64,000 nt of DNA from Octopus vulgaris. Lineage: Eukaryota. The number at the start of each line of letters is the position of its first letter. Positions within the stretch are counted from its first letter, which is position 1. The translations under genes and the position numbers were made by a program. Where the stretch lies: contig OX597814.1 of NCBI GenBank assembly GCA_951406725.2, positions 137,330,001-137,394,000 on the forward strand. The letters are read 5' to 3'. Positions 39,503 through 64,000 of the stretch are shown here, one piece after another. The notes under the pieces are model-generated. The model saw only the letters and a list, made by a program, of their open reading frames with translations, had not been told where the DNA came from and did not search any database.

Positions 39503-40549
39503 CCCTTTCGTTACTATATTTCTGACCAAAATACACCCCTTATGTGTTTCAATTAATTTCTAACGTAATCATAAATTTAGTCTGGTTTCATTAAACAACT
39601 ATAACTTTTTTATTTATCAATATATTAACATGAATTTTGGAAGATAATTTAATGAAATGTTCTCAACCAATTCTATACTATAATTTTTGTCACAAAGTGA
39701 CTCTAATTGCAGGTAGATACAGGTAAATTCAACAATATATAAAATTATTAAAATTTTGTTCAAACATCGCTATAGAAAATGGGTTATTAGCTAATATTTA
39801 ATTGGGTATACAACAAAATTTTACGATAGAATTTGTTATTCTGGGTAACTTTCTGATACCCATAATAATATTCATGGCAAAATAAGCCTTAATTTCATTT
39901 AAGGTTGTGGGAAATAACAAACTATCCTTTCTTTCGCTTTGTTTACGTTTAGCGTAACAGTTCGTTTCCGCCGTAATGATTTAAAATGGGCTCATTCGAA
40001 AAAGTAAAAAGAAATAGTCTAAGGCTTTACTCTTCTGGGAAAGTCTGTGGCTTGGTCCAGTTTCTTCAGAAAAATCACCGAAAGAAACAGTTTTTAAATT
40101 TTCACTCCATTCAGGTGCCAATTCATTTTCTTTATCGCTGTCGGAGCTCTCGGATTCACTGTTTTCACTTTCGGAAAATGAAACATCAGATTCATTATCA
40201 AATACCACATGCTTTTTTTATGAAGGTCTTCAGTAGAAAATCCTTCGAATTCTGACTCACAGCTTGATATAATGAAATTCGTATCCATTTTTTGTCAGAA
40301 TTACAAATTTTGAAAACACAATAGGAACAAATTTCGGAAAAAAATCTCCCATAATTCACGAATTAAAATTACACTTCGATTTTTGTACAAAACTGTAGTT
40401 GAACTGTTTACGAAGTATAATACGTGTTTTCACAAATGTACTAAAGAGATTTACTCTGATATTCTCATTTAAATATGAATAGGTAAATTGGGGGGGCGGC
40501 TTGGTCACATTAACCAAAATTTTTTTCGGGCGGTTTGGTAACGAAAGGG
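39503..40549 (-). mobile_element. Internally deleted piggyBac element
   Basis: TTAA TSDs, TIR CCCTTTCGTTAC; frameshifted acidic transposase N-terminus ending FSEETGP...ALDYFFLLF. Confidence 0.85.
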
Positions 40550-40689
40550 TTAAACGGATGCATACATTTATTAATAACTATATATAAGTGTCGTCTGTTT
40601 ATACATAAACACTGTTTCATACTGCAATTATATATACATATATCTATATATAATAAAATATATACAGAATATGTGTATATATTTATGTA

Positions 40690-41514
40690 TGTATGGCTCG
40701 CCAATTAATACTACCAAAATTTAACGACAGAAAGTAAAATAAAAACCAATTTACCTTTTCTGTATTGTTATAGCAATTCGACCGTCCGTATGTCTTTGCA
40801 AATGTGTTGGAATGAGAAGTGAGTTGTGTTTGTATGTAGTTGTTTGAAATGTTTGTGTTTGTCACTGTCATATATGTATGTGTATGCATGTGTGTGAGGA
40901 ATGACACACACACACTCACGCACGCACACATGTACATCAATGCTTTCGGAGTGAAATCTTAAAATATTGAGTTTTCGCGAATTTTGTCTTAATTGGGGGT
41001 AAAATTGAAAGAAATATTGTATGGCATGACCCAATGGAAGTACTTTGAAAAATCATGGGTAAACTCTAATTGAAGAAATTGTGTGAGGATTAAATCGTTA
41101 TGTATTTATTTGTTTCTGTTTGCTGTGTTTTTTTTTTTTTTAGTAGTGGTTTAAGGTACACTTCTCTCGTGTTATAGAAATAGTTTCACTTTAATCGTTG
41201 CAAACTTGCAAAGAGAAAGTTGTAGAAATTAGAGTGATAGCGTGAGTGAATCAGATCGCTCCGTTTTTGTGTGTGTGTGTGTGTGCGTGTGCTATAGCCC
41301 ACACTAAGAAAAGCACTTGACTCAGACACCACAATGTGAGTTTTCTCTAAATTTTGCTTAATTGGGGTTGAAATTTTAAAAACTGGACCTGGCACGACCC
41401 GATGCATTCTACTCTTAAAAATGCTAGGTAAATTGTAATTGAAGAAATCCAATATTGTAGATTTCTATAAGAGACAAAGGGAGGCAGATAAAATCTGCCT
41501 TTTATAATAAGAGA
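40690..41514 (-). mobile_element. Helitron-like or unclassified repeat with internal duplication
   Basis: Minus strand begins A|TCTCTTATTATAAA then hairpin AGGCAGAT..ATCTGCCT; block near 40969 duplicated near 41338; other end not found. Confidence 0.45.
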
Positions 41515-43259
41515 TATGTTAAGAAAGAAACATGAATATTAAAAGCCATTCAAATTAAAGTACCAAAACTGTTTATTACATAACTACATTGGAAACATTA
41601 CTGCATGTAAATAACAAAAAGAATTTTTTTAATATGAAACATTCATCACGTGGAAACAAGACAGATTTAATCAGCATTTATTTTATGCTCATCTCATTTG
41701 AACCAAACATAAAAAACACATCCTTGTCAAAATAGCTGCAATGTCAGTTATCTCATTTACTTTGTTATTTTGCACTTTTAGCTGTCTTGTTATGACATAT
41801 CTTGTGATTAGTGTTCAGAGATTTTAAATTCAACCTCTGTCTTTTTTGCTAAACATTTCTAATAAATGGCCCGCCTGGACCGTTATCAGAGCATTTGATC
41901 CTATATGAACTAATTGGACGGCAAAATGAATACAAATGCTCTGACTGCCATACTGCACTTCATGCAACAAATTGTAAAATGACAAAGTCAACATTATGGT
42001 CCCTGATATGACAAGATTGCTGAATTTGTGGACCATATCCAAAGTATTGATCAACTGTATCTGTAATACTCGTCTACTCAAGTAGAGCTGACTGTGAGTA
42101 TTCGTGAACGACAAGACACTATTCTCTTGCTATGAAACTGACAAGGAAACCTAATTGTTATATCACAGGTAAATGTTTTAAAAAGAGATATTCCAACGAT
42201 TGATGGAAGTATTCAAATTTTTAGAATGCTGTTATGTAAATATGGAACAGTGACAATGGTAAGTTTTACAATCTACTGAGTCATAACTAAAAACTTATAT
42301 TCATGTAAAAGCTCTGAGACATCTCTCTACTCTTTACACCTATAGGATTTGATCTGTATTGCAAACTAATGGAGCAGCTATCTATTAGTTCTTCACCCTG
42401 CTTCATACAGCAATAAGACATGCCTTTTCGTGAGATCTATTTACAGCAAGGTGGATGGACTAAACCACTAGTTCATGTTCTTATTAATAGTACTGATCGA
42501 GATAGGAACCCAAAGCTCTTTGTTGGATGGGCTGGCAGTTAAGTCAATCAGCTATGACCTATGCAAGCATGGTACATCTTTTGTAAAAATATTAAAAAAT
42601 AGAGAACTCCAAGACAGGTAGTAGAGCCCTAATTTGAGTTCCGATAATTGATGAAAAATTTGGTCTACGCATCATAGATCATAAAGTACTAGACACTGGG
42701 TATAAAATGTAGGCTGTAAGACTAAAATTGTAAATAGACCTGTCTTCAGGTTTGCTAGTATAGAAATTTTTAATCATTGTACAATTATAATGTTCCTTGT
42801 TATTCATCTTACAATGTGACTCTCCTAGTTAATTTTCTTTCAGAACCTTCAGAAGTTTACTTTATTTTATTAATGTTCTGAGGCAGTGTTGTAAAACTGA
42901 TACTCTTGCAGTACTTCTGCTACTACTACAGAAATTTGAGGTTACTGTAGTAAGACAATTAAGGAAAAAAATCACTGGTGTAGAATGATGCAAATTAAAA
43001 ATATATTTGTGTTCTGATACACAGAAATAATTGCAGTATGTATATGATGTTTGCTGCATTTGCTTCAATGATATTATTTAAAATATTTAAATAAAAACCA
43101 AGGATATATTTGAAATATTTCTTTCATTTCAGCAAATATTCCTTATTTTCTCTCGATTTTAACTCTGAATCAGAACACAAACTCCGTCATGCACAACTCA
43201 CATGTGTCCACATGTAAAGCTCTTACCAACAGACAAAACAAGATGAAAATTTATAAATA

Positions 43260-61713
<18,454 letters not shown>

Positions 61714-61727
61714 CTACGGAATAGAGA

Positions 61728-62027
<300 letters not shown>

Positions 62028-62089
62028 GCATACATATATCATCACATCATTTAACATTTTCTTTTTCATGCTGGCATACACACACACAC

Positions 62090-63272
62090 ACTGGATCAGC
62101 CAAAAAGTTCAGTTAGTTTTATCAATGCTAAACTTCAAGCACTCTAATAAGTAGCTAACTTCAGTTTATCTCTTGCACATGTGCATCCATGAGATGCTTG
62201 ACACTTCAATGTAGTTTGATGTGAACTTCTGACAAGACAGGTTGTATTTTGTGTACTTGGAATCACTCTGAAAATGGAGTACCAAAGCAAACATTATCGA
62301 CACCTCATAGTTTTTTTTTTAATTTTAAAAAAGACAAGAAATCAGTGGAAAGCTGCAAGGAATTATGCACTGTGTATGGAGAGAATGCTGTTATGAAACA
62401 TGCCAGTAATGGGTTTCAAGATTTCAATCAGGAAATTTTTGATTGAAAATGCACCTCACTCTGGTCAGTGAACTGAGATAAATAGTAACACCAACCCCTG
62501 CTATACAACCAGGATAATTGCAGATATTCTACAAATAATCAAACTGAGTGTTGAAAAACCCATCTGCATCAGCTTGGTTATGACAGCAGGCTTGATGCTT
62601 CGGTCCCATATCAATTGAATAAGGCTAACATGACTCAATGGATTTCCATCTGTGATTTATTGCAGAAACATGAAGAAAGTTACCCTTTCCTGAAGAGAAT
62701 GATAAGGGATGAAAAATGGATTGTCTGTAACAATGTGAAGCACAGCAAACCAATCAATTGTCAAAGCAGGACTTCACCTGAGAAAGGTTATGCTTTCAGT
62801 TTGGTGGGACTGGAAGGATGTTGCCTTTTATGAGCTTATTCCCAAGGTCAGGACCATCAATTCGGATGTGCACTATGACCAGTTGGACACTAGAAGCATC
62901 CAGTACTTGCTAATAAGGATCTTTCATCATGACAGTGCCAGACTGCACACTTTTTGTAAATGTGGAAGAAGATACTGAGGCCTATCTGGGAAGTTTTGCC
63001 ACACCCTTCATATTCACCCAACCTTGCACTTTCTGATTTCCACCTGTTTCAGTCTCCTTGAAATTCATTGAATGGACCTTCAACACTGAAGAAGATGTAA
63101 AATTTCACCGGGAAGGGTATTTTGCCAGTAAAGACAGGAAATAATGAGTCTACTCATAAGATGACAAAAGATACTGGAACAAAACAGTAATTATATCATT
63201 GATTAAATAAATTGCTTTGTGTTTAAAATTTGTCTTACTGTTGCTTGGAAAAAGCAAATGGATTTTTTGGCC
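62090..63272 (+). mobile_element. Decayed near-full-length mariner transposon
   Basis: Frameshifted motifs DEKWIVCNN, KVMLSVWWDWK, FHHDSAR.H, HPSYSPNLA.SDFHLF; GCCAAAAA / TTTTTGGC termini. Confidence 0.85.
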
Positions 63273-63547
63273 ATATATATATTGGCGTCTGTGTCGGTGA
63301 CACGTAAAAAGCACCAACCGATCATGGCCGTTTGCCAGCCTCCTCTGGCCCCTGTGCCGGTGGCACATAAAAAGCACCCACTACACTCATGGAGTGGTTG
63401 GCGTTAGGAAGGGCATCCAGCCATAGAAACACTGCCAGATCAGACTGGAGCCTGGCGCAGCCTCCTGGCTTCCCAGACCCTCGGTCGAACCATCCAACCC
63501 ATACTAGCATGGAAAATGGATGTTAAACGATGATGATGTATTTATAT

Positions 63548-64000
63548 ACACCTTAAAATTTCAAACAAATTTATTTTAATATGAGGTAGCACTGCCCTTG
63601 GCAGTAATTACAGCTTGAATTATATGAGGTATGGACTCATACAAAGTTTGAATTGTTTCCAAAGGAATTTTTGTCCAATCTTTAGCTAAAACTGTCTCCA
63701 GTTCTTGTAGTGATGATGGTGGAGGATATCGACTCCTTACTTGTTTTTCTAAAATGCACCATAAATTTTAAATAATATTGAGATCTGGGGACTGTGGCGG
63801 CTAGATAAAATGTTCAACTTCACTAGAATGTTCCTCATGCCATTCAGTAACAACTTTAGCTGTGTGAATTGGTGCATTATCATCCTGAAAGATTGTGTTT
63901 CCTTTCAGAAACAGTTCTGCAACCATAGGATGAATTTGATCACATAAAATGCTTAAATAGTCTTGACTGTTAGTTCTGCCATGAAGGGAAACCGTTGGGC
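63548..64000 (-). mobile_element. Tc1-like transposase 3' remnant, cut by the window edge
   Basis: Minus strand FQDDNAPIHTAKVVTEW...PPQSPDLNII. Confidence 0.8.

Overview
Eukaryotic, AT-rich, repeat-dense genomic DNA. The SINE and microsatellite landscape suggests a coleoid cephalopod, probably Octopus (inference). Three spliced protein-coding genes were reconstructed by hand with GT-AG boundaries and consistent phases: the last 9 exons of TCF25 (+, 695-11783), a complete 10-exon tRNA adenosine deaminase ADAT1 (+, 16076-37248, 478 aa) and the last 12 exons of SCYL3/PACE-1 (-, 61713-43260), which converges on ADAT1. Introns and intergenic DNA hold tRNA-type SINEs, hAT/piggyBac/mariner/Tc1 derivatives, a Helitron, Gypsy-type LTR pieces, Penelope remnants and decayed R4/Dong- and RTE-like LINEs. 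Most ORFs in the supplied track are microsatellite or repeat noise. The most unusual observations are a minimal hammerhead-like motif with a core variant in a TCF25 intron, an intronic copy of a spliced TCF25 exon junction, a four-copy tRNA-Trp primer-binding-site array, a G-U-biased intronic hairpin, and long fold-back structures at the ADAT1 promoter and in ADAT1 intron 6. No new multi-gene system can be supported from the sequence alone.
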